Shown here in pieces: positions 1-9,059 of a stretch of DNA of 64,000 nt. The stretch comes from an uncultured Leptospiraceae bacterium (GTDB lineage: Bacteria; Spirochaetota; UBA4802; UB4802), in assembly GCA_964345775.1 (NCBI GenBank), contig CAYFSO010000003.1, positions 10,859 to 74,858 of the forward strand, in the 5' to 3' direction. The notes below the pieces were generated by a model. The model was not told where the DNA came from, searched no databases, and saw only the letters and a list, made by a program, of their open reading frames with translations. The translations under genes were made by a program, and so were the position numbers. How positions within the stretch are numbered: the first letter of the stretch is position 1; every line of letters begins with the position of its first letter.

Positions 1-1060
1 TACCAACTATCACGTGGTGCGCAAGGGTAATTTTTACAGAATCACCCTGTACGATGGAACTGAATGTGCGCTGGTTCCCATCAGGGGGAAGAAATATCTT
101 TATGATGCAAAAACCGACCTTGCGTTAATGAAAATTGAATTGCCATCGCAATATGGTCCACTGGCAGTGGATTTTGCTGATTCGCAAAAGGTGATGCAGG
201 GGGAATGGGTGCTTGCCATTGGAAATCCCTACGGCCTTCATCAGTCAGTCAGCAGCGGTATAGTATCGTCCAAGGGAAGAAATGACATAGGCTTTGCTGA
301 TATCGAGGATTTCATTCAGACAGATGTTCCCATCAATCCTGGTAATTCGGGAGGCCCTCTCTTAAACCTTGATGGGCGGCTTGTAGGGATCAATACGGCA
401 ATACGTACAGTAACAGGGGGTTACCAGGGGATCAGCTTTGCAATCCCGTCCAACACTGTAAGGGATGTGTGCTCCGAACTTGTGAAGTATGGGAGGGTAC
501 GGCGAGGATGGCTGGGGTTCCTGGTACGCCAGGACAAGAGATCCGGTCATGAAGAAAAGTACCAGGTGGAGGTTATATCGGTAATACGAAATTCACCCGC
601 AGACAGGGTAGGTATTCGGAAAGGTGATATAGTACGGGAAGTAGACGGGGAGAGAATAGACAGCCTCGGAGAGGTGGTAAAGATAATCGGCAGTAAACCC
701 ATAGGTTCAACAGTGGATATCCTGGTTGGAAGAGATGGGAAATTATACCGTTTCAGCATGGTGTTACAGGAGAAGGAACGATACCAGGCCATGCAGCGGG
801 TTCTGCGGTATATTCTTGGTAAGTACGGCATTGAGCTGGACGAAAATGCCAGCAGCGACGGGGTGGTGGTGTCATATCTTTCTCCCATGGGCCCCGGATA
901 CCAGGCCGGATTACAGCGTGGTGATGTGGTCATGAGTATGAACGGCAGCAGGGTAGGGTCACTTGATGACGTGATACGTATTTACAATAAGAGCAATCAT
1001 CGGATACATGAAATAACTGTTCTCAGGAATAACCGGGAAGTCGGTATGGAACTTGAATAA
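1..1060 (+). CDS. HtrA/DegP-family periplasmic serine endoprotease, C-terminal part (gene begins upstream of window)
   Basis: Frame open to window edge; catalytic Asp context DLALMKI; GNSGGPL Ser/oxyanion motif; followed by two PDZ-like segments. Confidence 0.85.
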   Translation, partial: TNYHVVRKGNFYRITLYDGTECALVPIRGKKYLYDAKTDLALMKIELPSQYGPLAVDFADSQKVMQGEWVLAIGNPYGLHQSVSSGIVSSKGRNDIGFADIEDFIQTDVPINPGNSGGPLLNLDGRLVGINTAIRTVTGGYQGISFAIPSNTVRDVCSELVKYGRVRRGWLGFLVRQDKRSGHEEKYQVEVISVIRNSPADRVGIRKGDIVREVDGERIDSLGEVVKIIGSKPIGSTVDILVGRDGKLYRFSMVLQEKERYQAMQRVLRYILGKYGIELDENASSDGVVVSYLSPMGPGYQAGLQRGDVVMSMNGSRVGSLDDVIRIYNKSNHRIHEITVLRNNREVGMELE

Positions 1061-1102
1061 AGTTACACATGATCAAAACTCATTGAATGGATACGGAAAG
1101 CG

Positions 1103-1573
1103 GTGTTTCAAAAAAAATTTACATTTCAGAGAATTGCTAAAACGGGCATTGTATGTATACTGGTTCTGCTCGTCGTATCCGGTGTTGACTTTCTGTACCC
1201 CAACTCAAAGGTTGAGGTGACAATCGATAAGAAGTTTTATTCAGAACTTGCCGGGATGAATCCTGTTGGCCGTCAAAGCCACCTGGAAAAACTGCGTGAC
1301 AAGATCATCATGGCTCGGGGCTTTGTGGAGTCATTTGAGAGCGTGGAGCGTTATAACCGCAGGTACAGGATAGTGGTTATTGATAACGAATCAGAAAGCA
1401 TCAATGTTCGTTTTTACATATATACAGATAAAAAAGATTTCAGGGAAGTTCTGCAAAAGGGGGATATTTTCGAGTTCACCGGCCAGTTCGTGGTTGAAAC
1501 TCCCCTTAATTCAAAAATGGACGAATATATCTTTGACGTGATCCTGGAAGACGGAGCACTCGTGGTACAATAG
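1103..1573 (+). CDS. hypothetical membrane-anchored protein
   Basis: 156 aa ORF with N-terminal hydrophobic helix (IVCILVLLVVSGV); no recognisable catalytic motif. Confidence 0.5.
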   Translation: MFQKKFTFQRIAKTGIVCILVLLVVSGVDFLYPNSKVEVTIDKKFYSELAGMNPVGRQSHLEKLRDKIIMARGFVESFESVERYNRRYRIVVIDNESESINVRFYIYTDKKDFREVLQKGDIFEFTGQFVVETPLNSKMDEYIFDVILEDGALVVQ

Positions 1574-1575
1574 AC

Positions 1576-2214
1576 CTATTCCCTGTACACGCTGAACACG
1601 TAATTCAGTATCTTGTTTCTTTCATCGTCGTTCAGGCCAACGAATGATACATGAATACGGTGTTTCCCGCCTTCTTTCTCCACCTTTTCAATATTGCCAA
1701 TTATATCAATACGGGAATCATCCAGCATCATGTGTCCCTTCAGTAGATGATCCTGTCCCGTGTCACCATCGCATATTATAACACCTTCCCTGTCACTGAG
1801 CTCTGTGAGTGTGGCATCTACCAGGTTTGTCTCTTCGGTATAAAAATTCTTATCTGAATCTTCAATGGCAAAGGTAAAAAAGGTTACAGGGAGATCAACT
1901 TCTGCACTGAGGCATCTTCTTTCCTCGTTTCTTTTCACATCATCGGTATGGGCAAGCATAACCAGGGGGATATCGTTAACCATGGTTCCAACCACTTCTG
2001 TTGTGAATTCAAACGAGGAAACCTGGTGTAGCCAAAGATAACACTCAAGCCTGTCTCCCTTGCGGGTTATGTCCGTGAACTCACGGTCACATCTGCATAT
2101 GAGTATGAATTCAGTGTTCTCAACGGTGGTCAGGAGCGAATAGCCGAATCCCTTCTTGTATACACGGATAAGCGTATTTTCCCTGATTTCCCTGGTTGAA
2201 TTGATTTTTTTCAT
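1576..2214 (-). CDS. hypothetical protein (possible PilZ-like, unconfirmed)
   Basis: 212 aa ORF convergent with previous; RNEERR (RxxxR-like) but no clear DxSxxG motif. Confidence 0.5.
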   Translation of the reverse strand: MKKINSTREIRENTLIRVYKKGFGYSLLTTVENTEFILICRCDREFTDITRKGDRLECYLWLHQVSSFEFTTEVVGTMVNDIPLVMLAHTDDVKRNEERRCLSAEVDLPVTFFTFAIEDSDKNFYTEETNLVDATLTELSDREGVIICDGDTGQDHLLKGHMMLDDSRIDIIGNIEKVEKEGGKHRIHVSFVGLNDDERNKILNYVFSVYRE

Positions 2215-2305
2215 TGGTCCCTTCTATGATAATTATTGATGAACAAGACTGGTACAAAATATACATTTTGTCAAATTATTTCGGCTGCAGGGGGTGTAAT
2301 AAAAC

Positions 2306-2333
2306 TTGAAAAAAATAATAGTTGCATTAATAT
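2306..2333 (+). promoter_or_regulatory. putative sigma70 promoter of rpsF operon (TTGAAA-16nt-TAATAT)
   Basis: -35/-10-like hexamers 80 nt upstream of rpsF start. Confidence 0.4.
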
Positions 2334-2361
2334 GACCATTTGTAAGTATTGGAAATCCTTT

Positions 2362-2391
2362 CTGCCATGTGCCATCGTGGTAGCATGGCAG
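2362..2391 (+). promoter_or_regulatory. 5' UTR hairpin upstream of rpsF (candidate S6:S18 autoregulatory leader)
   Basis: Perfect 8 bp inverted repeat CTGCCATG...CATGGCAG with 14 nt loop between the promoter and the GGAGG RBS of rpsF. Confidence 0.4.
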
Positions 2392-2416
2392 CATTATTCC
2401 ACAGGGAGGAAGATAG

Positions 2417-2701
2417 ATGAACAGGTACGAGTTGACAGTAATACTGCGTTCTTCCGACGCAAATGATGGTGCCAGGGAAAAGATCAGGGATATCCTGTCA
2501 AAGAACAATGTAACCATCGTATCGGAAGACCCCTGGGGCGTGAGAGCCCTTGCCTATCCTATTAAAGGCCAGAACGAGGGGTATTATGACTTCATGATTA
2601 TCGAAGGCGCCCCGGATTCCATTCAGCCTGTGATAAACAGCTTCAGGTTAAATTCAAGTATACTGCGTCATCTTTTCGTTAAGACGAAGAAGACCGCGTA
2701 G
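2417..2701 (+). CDS. rpsF: 30S ribosomal protein S6
   Basis: MNRYELTVILR...; S6-like length and conserved N-terminus; followed by ssb and rpsR. Confidence 0.9.
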   Translation: MNRYELTVILRSSDANDGAREKIRDILSKNNVTIVSEDPWGVRALAYPIKGQNEGYYDFMIIEGAPDSIQPVINSFRLNSSILRHLFVKTKKTA

Positions 2702-2728
2702 TATATTCTATTATTAAGGGATATTAAT

Positions 2729-3175
2729 ATGGCTGGTGATATCAACAAGGTAGTATTGATCGGCAGGTTTACCCGTGACCCGGAAATGAGATACACGCAG
2801 AACGGAACCGCCATGGCAACCTTTTCAATTGCCAATAACAGGGTCTATTCGGTCTCAGGTGAGAAAAAGGAAATGGTTTCGTTTTTCAATTGTGTTTCAT
2901 GGGCCAGGGCTGCGGAAACTATTGTGCAGTATTGCAAGAAAGGGCAGAGGATCGGTATTGACGGCAGGCTGCAGCAAAGGTCCTGGGAAGACCAGGACGG
3001 GAATAAGCGATCAACCGTAGAAGTGGTTGTCGATAACTTCCAGTTTTTGTCGAGCGGCAAAGGTGGTGGAAGCGATTATACTGATGATACTTCGTCCACA
3101 ACAGACCAGGGATACTCAAATAATGCACCTGAGATGGAAAGTAATCCATTCTCGGACGATGACATACCTTTCTAA
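2729..3175 (+). CDS. ssb: single-stranded DNA-binding protein
   Basis: OB-fold N-terminus (VVLIGRFTRDPEMRYTQNGTA), Gly/Ser-rich linker, canonical acidic C-terminal tail DDDIPF. Confidence 0.92.
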   Translation: MAGDINKVVLIGRFTRDPEMRYTQNGTAMATFSIANNRVYSVSGEKKEMVSFFNCVSWARAAETIVQYCKKGQRIGIDGRLQQRSWEDQDGNKRSTVEVVVDNFQFLSSGKGGGSDYTDDTSSTTDQGYSNNAPEMESNPFSDDDIPF

Positions 3176-3206
3176 TGATAATTATGAAGAATCGAGGAGC
3201 AAATAG

Positions 3207-3701
3207 ATGAGCGAAGAGATTAAAAATAATGATGAAATACAGGAAACAGGGGAAGAAACAAAAGAAGAATCAAAAGAAGAAACTGTAAACGAAACCCCTG
3301 AGAGTTCCGAACAGGTTGAAGCAGCTGAAACTGCTGAAAAAGCAGCTGAAACTGCTGAGAAAAAGGAAGAAAAGCCTTCAGAAAGTGAAGGAAAGAAGGA
3401 GCAGCGGGAGACAGGCAGAGATACAAGGCGGGATGAGAGCCAGTCCCGTGGAGGCCGTGGTGATTCAAGGGGCGGGGGACAGCGATTTCCCAGGTTCAAG
3501 AAAAAGGTGTGCCGTTTTTGTGAAAACCCCGAGCTTGTGATCGATTATAAGAATCCCGACCTTCTTGAAAGGTTTATTACAGAACGTGGCAAAATTCTTC
3601 CAAGGAGAATTACCGGGACATGTGCGCGTCACCAGCGGCAGCTGGCAGTTGCCATCAAGCAGTCCAGGACTATCGCACTGTTGCCGTTTGTTGTTAAGTA
3701 A
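3207..3701 (+). CDS. rpsR: 30S ribosomal protein S18 with ~90 aa E/K-rich N-terminal extension
   Basis: C-terminal 75 aa match S18 core (CRFC...[20 protein letters not shown]); strong RBS GAGGAG before ATG 3207; low-complexity N-terminus. Confidence 0.85.
   Translation: MSEEIKNNDEIQETGEETKEESKEETVNETPESSEQVEAAETAEKAAETAEKKEEKPSESEGKKEQRETGRDTRRDESQSRGGRGDSRGGGQRFPRFKKKVCRFCENPELVIDYKNPDLLERFITERGKILPRRITGTCARHQRQLAVAIKQSRTIALLPFVVK
3321..3362 (+). repeat. 21-nt tandem direct repeat x2 inside rpsR extension (encodes AAETAEK x2)
   Basis: gcagctgaaactgctgaaaaa / gcagctgaaactgctgagaaa adjacent copies. Confidence 0.8.
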
Positions 3702-3703
3702 TT

Positions 3704-4594
3704 GTGGTTGAACTGGTACTTGCAGCATTAACGGGATTCGCACTTGTGACCGGTACGGCAATGATGTTCTACCGGTTCCAGTGGAGGATCCTCCTGTTCC
3801 TGGCCCCACTGCTGGTTGTCCTGGCGGTGATCATGTATGTGCAGGGTGATTCTTTCTCGTATGTGCTGGCACCAGTAATTGCCGGTGTGGTGGCAGGTTT
3901 CACGTTCAGGAATGGACGTAATTACCAGTTTTTTGTTGTGTGGGTTTCTGTTGTATTGACCGTGTTGTTCACCCTCAATTTTTATGTTTTGAAAACCATG
4001 AAGGGTGTCGACCTTATGCAGCAGTCAAGGGTGCAATTTGAGACCATGCTGGAGAATGCGGAACTGGGTGCCCGGGAAAAAGAGGAGATCCTCGGACGGG
4101 TTGAGCAGTCCATGCCGATTATTCGCGACCTGGTACCATTTTCGTATTTTTTGAATGTGTTGATATTTGCCATGATCACGTTCGTGCTGCTCAGGTATAT
4201 ATTTGAACGCCTGGGTTATATTAAGGTGATGGAGGTGGCCGGGGTAGAGCGGTTTAAGTTGAATGATTACTCTGTGTTCGGCCTCATAGTCGGCTGGTTG
4301 GTGGTACTGCTGGTTGATGCAGGGCAGTTTCCTTACCTGCACCAGGCTGCGTTGAACCTCGGCTTGATCATGGCTGTGTTCTATGTAATTCAGGGAACTG
4401 GCATAGTAAAGTTTTTTTTGATTAGCAGGGGATGGCCGCTGTTCCTGTTGCCGCTCATCTTCCTGGTATCATTGATGCTTGGTCCCGCTGTCATCCTTTT
4501 TGTGCTGATGATGTTTCTTGGCCTGGGGGCAATTGACTTCTGGGTGGACTTCAGGAAGTTCTCATCTGTGCCAACTGGTGATGGTAAATCGTAA
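3704..4594 (+). CDS. polytopic membrane protein, DUF2232/YybS-like by position between rpsR and rplI
   Basis: 296 aa, about 8 hydrophobic helices; located exactly where Firmicutes-type yybS sits. Confidence 0.55.
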   Translation: MVELVLAALTGFALVTGTAMMFYRFQWRILLFLAPLLVVLAVIMYVQGDSFSYVLAPVIAGVVAGFTFRNGRNYQFFVVWVSVVLTVLFTLNFYVLKTMKGVDLMQQSRVQFETMLENAELGAREKEEILGRVEQSMPIIRDLVPFSYFLNVLIFAMITFVLLRYIFERLGYIKVMEVAGVERFKLNDYSVFGLIVGWLVVLLVDAGQFPYLHQAALNLGLIMAVFYVIQGTGIVKFFLISRGWPLFLLPLIFLVSLMLGPAVILFVLMMFLGLGAIDFWVDFRKFSSVPTGDGKS

Positions 4595-4630
4595 AGAATT
4601 GAATATATTCAATATACTGGAGTAAGAGTT

Positions 4631-5074
4631 ATGAAAGTTATATTACAGAAAGATATTCCCAATCTTGGTGACGCAGGCGACGTCAAGGAAGTTGCCGATG
4701 GGTACGCGAGAAATTTTCTGCTTCCTAAAAAGCTTGTGATTCGCTACAATGAATCCAGCGAAAAGGCAATGCGTCATCAGAAAAGGCTTATCAATTTCAA
4801 AAAAGAGAAACGCATAAGCCAGAGTGAAAAACTGGCAGAAGCGCTGGCTGACATGGAGATAAAGGTGGCTGTGCAGGTTGGCGAAGAGGACAAGCTTTTC
4901 GGTTCAGTCACGTCAATGGATATAGCCAGGCACCTGGCGGAAAAAGGATACCAGGTTGACAAGAGAAAGATACAGCTTGATGACCCCATTAAGAAAAGGG
5001 GTGAGTACGAGGTGCCGGTAAAGCTTGACGAAGGTGTTACCGCCACCATCAAGGTAATCGTAGATAAAGAATAA
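4631..5074 (+). CDS. rplI: 50S ribosomal protein L9
   Basis: MKVILQKDIPNLGDAGDVKEVADGYARNFLLP... typical L9 N-domain. Confidence 0.92.
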   Translation: MKVILQKDIPNLGDAGDVKEVADGYARNFLLPKKLVIRYNESSEKAMRHQKRLINFKKEKRISQSEKLAEALADMEIKVAVQVGEEDKLFGSVTSMDIARHLAEKGYQVDKRKIQLDDPIKKRGEYEVPVKLDEGVTATIKVIVDKE

Positions 5075-5087
5075 TCGGGAGTTATAG

Positions 5088-6419
5088 ATGGCAATAGAGA
5101 CATTGCCGCCACAGGATGTAGAAGCCGAAGCTTCCTGTCTTGCCTCAATTCTTCTTAGCAAGGAAGCGCTGCTCAAGGTATTAGAAATCCTCCAGCCGGA
5201 GGATTTTTATCTTGATGTGCATCGGACGGTGTATGCAGCGGTGCATGAACTTGAAAAAAAGGGAATGCCCATAGACCTGATCACCGTCAAGCAGCGTCTT
5301 ATTGATATCAGGGAGTTTGAGAAGATAGGTGGTGATTCTGCCCTGGTCAAGTTGTACCAGACGGTTTCCACCTCGGCCAATGCAGAGTTCTACGCCAACA
5401 GGGTAAAGGAGTTCAGCCTTCGGCGGAAACTGATCGAGGTTTCTTCAGAGATCATAGAGAAATCATACGATACTTCCCGTGAAACTCAAACCCTGCTGGA
5501 CGAGGTGGAACGGGAGATATTTAAGGTTACCCAGCGCAGGATTACTTCTGAACTGGTAGGTATTGCCGAGGTTCTTCGTGAAACGCTGGAAACTATCGGG
5601 TACATGTATGAAACCAGGAAGCCGGTTACTGGCCTTTCCAGCGGTTTTATTGACCTGGATACCATGCTCACCGGGTTCCACGAATCCGAGCTCATTATCG
5701 TGGCAGCCCGTCCGTCAATGGGGAAGACGGCGCTTGCGTTGAATATTGTTAACCACGTTGGGCTCAAAGAAAAGCAGCCAGTCCTTTTCTTCTCTCTGGA
5801 AATGCCGGCCACACAGCTGGCTACCCGTATGCTGTGTATAGAGGCCATGATAGACTCCCAGAAGGTAAGAACCGGGAATATCAGCGCTGAAGAACTGAAA
5901 AAGCTGGTGCAGGCTGCAGGAAGGCTTGAAAAGGCACCCATATACATAGATGACACCCCGGGCCTGAACATATTTGATCTTCGGGCACGTGCCCGTCGAA
6001 TCGCTCAGCGTGAAAAGGTGGGAATGGTCATTGTTGATTACCTGCAGCTGATCGCCAGTAGTGGAAGAGTGGACAGGCATCAGCAGATCGCCGAGATCTC
6101 TAATGCCCTGAAGCAGCTTGCCAGGGAGCTTGACGTCCCGGTAATTGCCCTGTCGCAGTTATCACGGGCGGTGGAATCGCGTACCGACCAGATACCGCAG
6201 CTCTCCGACCTCAGGGAATCTGGTGCAATAGAGCAGGATGCCGATGTGGTCGCTTTCATTTACCGCGAGGAACGGGTGAAAAAGGATACAGAACGAAAAG
6301 GTATTGCCGATATCATTGTGGCAAAACAGAGAAACGGTCCAATAGGGAATGTTGAACTAAGGTTCTGGGAGAAATATACCAAGTTCGGTTCACTGGAGAA
6401 GGTTCACGCAATGGAATAA
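5088..6419 (+). CDS. dnaB: replicative DNA helicase DnaB
   Basis: N-terminal primase-interaction domain, Walker A ARPSMGKTALALN, RecA-like core; 443 aa, no intein. Confidence 0.95.
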   Translation: MAIETLPPQDVEAEASCLASILLSKEALLKVLEILQPEDFYLDVHRTVYAAVHELEKKGMPIDLITVKQRLIDIREFEKIGGDSALVKLYQTVSTSANAEFYANRVKEFSLRRKLIEVSSEIIEKSYDTSRETQTLLDEVEREIFKVTQRRITSELVGIAEVLRETLETIGYMYETRKPVTGLSSGFIDLDTMLTGFHESELIIVAARPSMGKTALALNIVNHVGLKEKQPVLFFSLEMPATQLATRMLCIEAMIDSQKVRTGNISAEELKKLVQAAGRLEKAPIYIDDTPGLNIFDLRARARRIAQREKVGMVIVDYLQLIASSGRVDRHQQIAEISNALKQLARELDVPVIALSQLSRAVESRTDQIPQLSDLRESGAIEQDADVVAFIYREERVKKDTERKGIADIIVAKQRNGPIGNVELRFWEKYTKFGSLEKVHAME

Positions 6420-6444
6420 AAGCCGGTTTTCCCGGGGGAACTAT

Positions 6445-7224
6445 ATGAATTCGAATGCAGCAGCGAACCGCATAACAGGCTTCTTTGAAGAATTTGGTGG
6501 GCACCTTTTGTTCTTTAAAGAAACGGTGCGCTGGACATTCCGTCCACCTTTTGACTACAAAAATATCATGCAGCAGATGCTTGAGATCGGGTACCGTTCA
6601 CTGCCGGTGACAACCATTACGCTGTTTTTTACCGGTATGGTTATGGCGTTGCAGATCGGGAAGGCCATGGACAAGCTTATGTCGGGGTCATCCATCTTCA
6701 TTGGAAGTGCGGTAACCATCTCCATGTTCAGGGAACTCTGCCCTGTGCTTACCGCCCTGTTGCTGGCTGGGCGGGTAGGGTCCGCTATAGCGGCAGAAAT
6801 TGGCACCATGAAGGTGACCGAGCAGATCGACGCGCTGGTAACGCTGGATGCAAATCCAATCCATTATCTTTCGGTGCCGCGTTTCCTTGCCTGCCTGCTG
6901 ATGGTCCCCACCCTCACCGTTATTACTGACGTGGTTGGCTCACTTGGTGGGGCATTCATTGCACAGTTTGGGCTTGGGATCAGCATTGAAAAGTACCTTG
7001 AAAACGTTTTTCAGTACCTGACGCTGGCAGACTTCTTGACAGGACTTTTCAAGTCGGTTTTCTTCGGCATTGAGATCGCTATTATCGCCTGTTACCAGGG
7101 TTTTTCAACAACGGGGGGTGCCGAGGGTGTTGGGAAATCTACCATCAAGGCGGTGGTGAAGGCATCAATGGTGATCCTTATATCAGATTATTTCCTTACC
7201 TACTTGTTGCAGCTGATAGAATAA
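6445..7224 (+). CDS. mlaE: MlaE/YrbE-family ABC transporter permease
   Basis: 259 aa, 5-6 TM; conserved MlaE N-terminus (ETVRWTFRPPFDYKNIMQQM); no adjacent MlaF/MlaD. Confidence 0.8.
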   Translation: MNSNAAANRITGFFEEFGGHLLFFKETVRWTFRPPFDYKNIMQQMLEIGYRSLPVTTITLFFTGMVMALQIGKAMDKLMSGSSIFIGSAVTISMFRELCPVLTALLLAGRVGSAIAAEIGTMKVTEQIDALVTLDANPIHYLSVPRFLACLLMVPTLTVITDVVGSLGGAFIAQFGLGISIEKYLENVFQYLTLADFLTGLFKSVFFGIEIAIIACYQGFSTTGGAEGVGKSTIKAVVKASMVILISDYFLTYLLQLIE

Positions 7225-7266
7225 CATGACATTTTTACCATATTTATCTCACGGGCAAAGGTTACC

Positions 7267-7938
7267 ATGGAAAAGAAAAAAGAGGAATTCTTAAAACTTC
7301 TAAAGAAATATAAAGTACGCAAAAAAGTCCTGGAAGCCTACGAGAAGGTGAACCAGGAGGACTTTTTCGATGATATTCTATCATCAAAATTTTACACGGA
7401 ACAGCCTGTTCCCACAGGGAAGGGGCATTACAGCGATCCTCCCCTTTCTCTGGCCAGGATGCTGCATTACCTGGAACCCAAAAAAAGCTGGCGTGTACTG
7501 GAGATCGGTACCGGTTCGGGGTATTCAACAGCAATCCTTTCAGAACTTGTGCAAGAGGTATACACCATAGAATTCGAAGAAGAACTTGCCCGTGCTGCCA
7601 AAGAACGATTCGACAGGCTGGGTGTTCGCAACGTGAGACTTTTTGCCGGTGATGGGTTCTACCTTGACAGTGACCTGGGAAATTTTGACGCAATTATCAT
7701 ATATGCTGCCTGCCAGAAACGCCCATTGCCCCTTATGGGCCGTTTAGAAGAGGGTGGAAGGCTGGTATTTCCAATGGGGCCAGCCTACCGGCAGCAGATC
7801 ACCGTTGTAAAGAACACCGATGATGAGGATGGAGAATCGATTTTTCCCACTGAATTCAAGGAATTCTGCGAATTCCCTCCCGCAAGCGGGCCGTTTGGGC
7901 TGGATATCAACAGGTATCAACTGGCTGACCTGGATTAA
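7267..7938 (+). CDS. pcm: protein-L-isoaspartate O-methyltransferase
   Basis: SAM motif VLEIGTGSGYSTA; PIMT length and motifs. Confidence 0.88.
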   Translation: MEKKKEEFLKLLKKYKVRKKVLEAYEKVNQEDFFDDILSSKFYTEQPVPTGKGHYSDPPLSLARMLHYLEPKKSWRVLEIGTGSGYSTAILSELVQEVYTIEFEEELARAAKERFDRLGVRNVRLFAGDGFYLDSDLGNFDAIIIYAACQKRPLPLMGRLEEGGRLVFPMGPAYRQQITVVKNTDDEDGESIFPTEFKEFCEFPPASGPFGLDINRYQLADLD

Positions 7939-7961
7939 ACGTGTCACAGGGGCGCAAAAGC

Positions 7962-8294
7962 TCAAATCTGGTCTGACTCTTCGTCTGGCTTATAACAGTA
8001 CCTGCACCCATAGATGAGTATCCTCTTGCTTTCCCCGTCCTTCACATGTGATGCGTATAATGCCTCGTACTTGCTGAGCCTTGCACCACACAGTGGGCAG
8101 ATGCGTTCACGGGGATAGGTGTAGGTTTGTGGTTTTTGTTGCGGTAGCTGTTCGGGTTGTGCCCCTTTTCCCTGTCCCGGCGCAGCGGTGGTTCTTTTCT
8201 GAAGCCGTTCCTTTCCCTCCTGGAACATGGAGAAGAGATACATGAATATGGCAACACCGGCAACAAATCCTATGAAGTATAAGAAATATTCCAT
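7962..8294 (-). CDS. small membrane-anchored zinc-ribbon protein
   Basis: N-terminal TM helix; C-terminal CPLC...CRYC four-Cys ribbon; last gene of the minus-strand mrfAB run. Confidence 0.5.
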   Translation of the reverse strand: MEYFLYFIGFVAGVAIFMYLFSMFQEGKERLQKRTTAAPGQGKGAQPEQLPQQKPQTYTYPRERICPLCGARLSKYEALYASHVKDGESKRILIYGCRYCYKPDEESDQI

Positions 8295-8303
8295 TCCTGA
8301 TGA

Positions 8304-9029
8304 TCACCTTTTCCTTGCTACGAAATTTGACATTATGGTAGTTTCATGTACCGGCCCGAAATTGTAATCACTGAATACGTCCAGTAATTCCAGCTTCTCG
8401 TCCCACAGCATTTTCTCGATCTCGTTTACCTGGTAAATGCGCTGCAGGTGTGTTTCCATGGTGCTGGTGCCGTCAGGCTTTTGAAAGGTGAGGTAGGAAT
8501 ATACCATCTTGTTTTTTTCGTCGTACTCGTTGTCCCAGACCACTGCTGTATCACCAACGGTGTACCTGGTTGCCTTGCCCTGAAAATTACGTTTTATGTT
8601 GTGTTCGGAGGTCAGGTCGAACATGAATATGCTGTACCTGTTCATTACGTTCCTTGTATTTCGAAATACTTTTTTAATATCATCGGTAGATACCAGGTAA
8701 TTCATGGTATCATGCACCGAAAAAATAAAGTCAAAGGGCCCTTTCAGGTGATACCGGCTGATGTCACCGCAGAAAATGTGGAAATTTTTAAACGCTCTTG
8801 TCCTTGCAACCCGGAGCATTTCGATGGCATTGTCCATCCCGTAAATAGTGTAGTTGTCACGGGAGAACTTGGCACCGAACCTGCCGGTGCCGCATCCAAG
8901 TTCCAGCAGTACCCTGGGGTTTTCAAGGTAATTATGCATAAGCTTCTTGAGATACTGGTACCACTGCTCGTAATCCACGTGGGTGAGCATGGCATCGTAC
9001 AACGGGGCAAGATCTGAATATGGTTTCAT
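8304..9029 (-). CDS. class I SAM-dependent methyltransferase
   Basis: Motif I LELGCGTGRFG; 241 aa small-molecule MTase-like. Confidence 0.8.
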   Translation of the reverse strand: MKPYSDLAPLYDAMLTHVDYEQWYQYLKKLMHNYLENPRVLLELGCGTGRFGAKFSRDNYTIYGMDNAIEMLRVARTRAFKNFHIFCGDISRYHLKGPFDFIFSVHDTMNYLVSTDDIKKVFRNTRNVMNRYSIFMFDLTSEHNIKRNFQGKATRYTVGDTAVVWDNEYDEKNKMVYSYLTFQKPDGTSTMETHLQRIYQVNEIEKMLWDEKLELLDVFSDYNFGPVHETTIMSNFVARKR

Positions 9030-9059
9030 GTGGATGTATTATCCCGTCCCATGGGACCG

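Noticed and set aside
2233-2517. Small ORFs 2233-2517 (minus) and 2236-2466 (plus)
   Set aside because: They lie over the rpsF promoter/leader and rpsF start; no coding support.
3321-3362. Tandem repeat considered as a possible CRISPR/minisatellite
   Set aside because: Only two copies, in-frame inside a coding extension; no spacer-repeat architecture anywhere in the window.
3316-3540. K-rich 74-aa plus-strand ORF inside rpsR
   Set aside because: Alternative frame of the rpsR N-terminal extension; the S18 core is only in the 3207 frame.
3845-3865. TGGCAC-N5-ATTGC resembling a sigma54 -24/-12 element
   Set aside because: Spacing one nt off consensus and located inside the DUF2232-like CDS.
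8448-9017. 189-aa plus-strand ORF
   Set aside because: Entirely antisense to the well-supported SAM methyltransferase gene; a shadow ORF.
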